DNA from: an uncultured Hyphomicrobiales bacterium | GTDB lineage: Bacteria > Pseudomonadota > Alphaproteobacteria > Rhizobiales > TMED25 | Reading direction: 5' to 3' | Length of the DNA: 64,000 bases | Assembly: GCA_905181735.1 (NCBI GenBank) | Contig: CAJIYR010000004.1 | Coordinates: 1,225-65,224 of the forward strand | Part shown: piece after piece, positions 63,960 through 64,000 of the stretch | Layout: each line of letters opens with the position of its first letter | Position numbering within the stretch: position 1 is the stretch's first letter | Translations under genes and position numbers: made by a program | The notes under the pieces: model-generated | What the model saw: only the letters and a program-made list of their open reading frames with translations | Told to the model about the DNA's origin: nothing | The model's database searches: none

Positions 63960-64000
63960 AATTTAGTTTACCTTTTAATTCCTTTATTTATACTACCTCT

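Noticed and set aside
240-63966. Many 60-195 aa ORFs antisense to or overlapping the housekeeping genes (e.g. 13028-13435, 51302-51754, 56130-56717, 19908-20156)
   Set aside because: Shadow ORFs overlapping well-supported genes, with Ser/Ile/Phe-rich composition and no recognisable motifs.
1-64000. CRISPR arrays, IS elements, prophage, tRNA/rRNA, defence systems
   Set aside because: No repeat-spacer arrays, transposase/integrase/phage motifs or cloverleaf sequences were seen; nearly all DNA is accounted for by core genes.

Overview
This is an AT-rich (roughly 30% GC by eye), tightly packed core-genome window from an alphaproteobacterium. Gene order (hemE-hemJ-rho, hisE-coaA, dapB-gpmA, moeB-SH3-irr-fabA-fabB-fabI) points to a streamlined Hyphomicrobiales/Rhizobiales-like lineage (inference). 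The window spans the probable replication origin (hemE/PDRP intergenic, ~15.9-16.26 kb) and holds about 68 intact housekeeping genes: leuS-lptE-holA, mnmE-mnmG-rsmG-parA-parB with a perfect parS inside rsmG, secB/fxsA/tim44/mltA/smr, hslVU, his genes, dnaK-dnaJ-dapB, rhodanese-dnaA-dnaN, ubiE-ubiB-coaBC-dut-moeB, fabABI, and phoH-ybeY-lnt-metK-trmB-rimP-nusA-ylxR-infB-rbfA-truB-rpsO-pnp. I saw no mobile elements, prophage, CRISPR, rRNA or tRNA, and no novel protein system. The most interesting signals are cis-elements: (1) a GC-ending-codon hairpin inside truB whose loop is complementary to the rpsO start codon ~200 nt downstream, a candidate coding-embedded S15 operator; (2) a promoter-terminator attenuator and a possible ATT start for rimP; (3) a rhodanese gene overlapping dnaA behind a long leader with a perfect 14-bp inverted repeat; (4) an oriC with repeated TTATTAACA boxes and a DnaA-trio-like run. 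All family assignments come from motif recognition by eye, not database searches.
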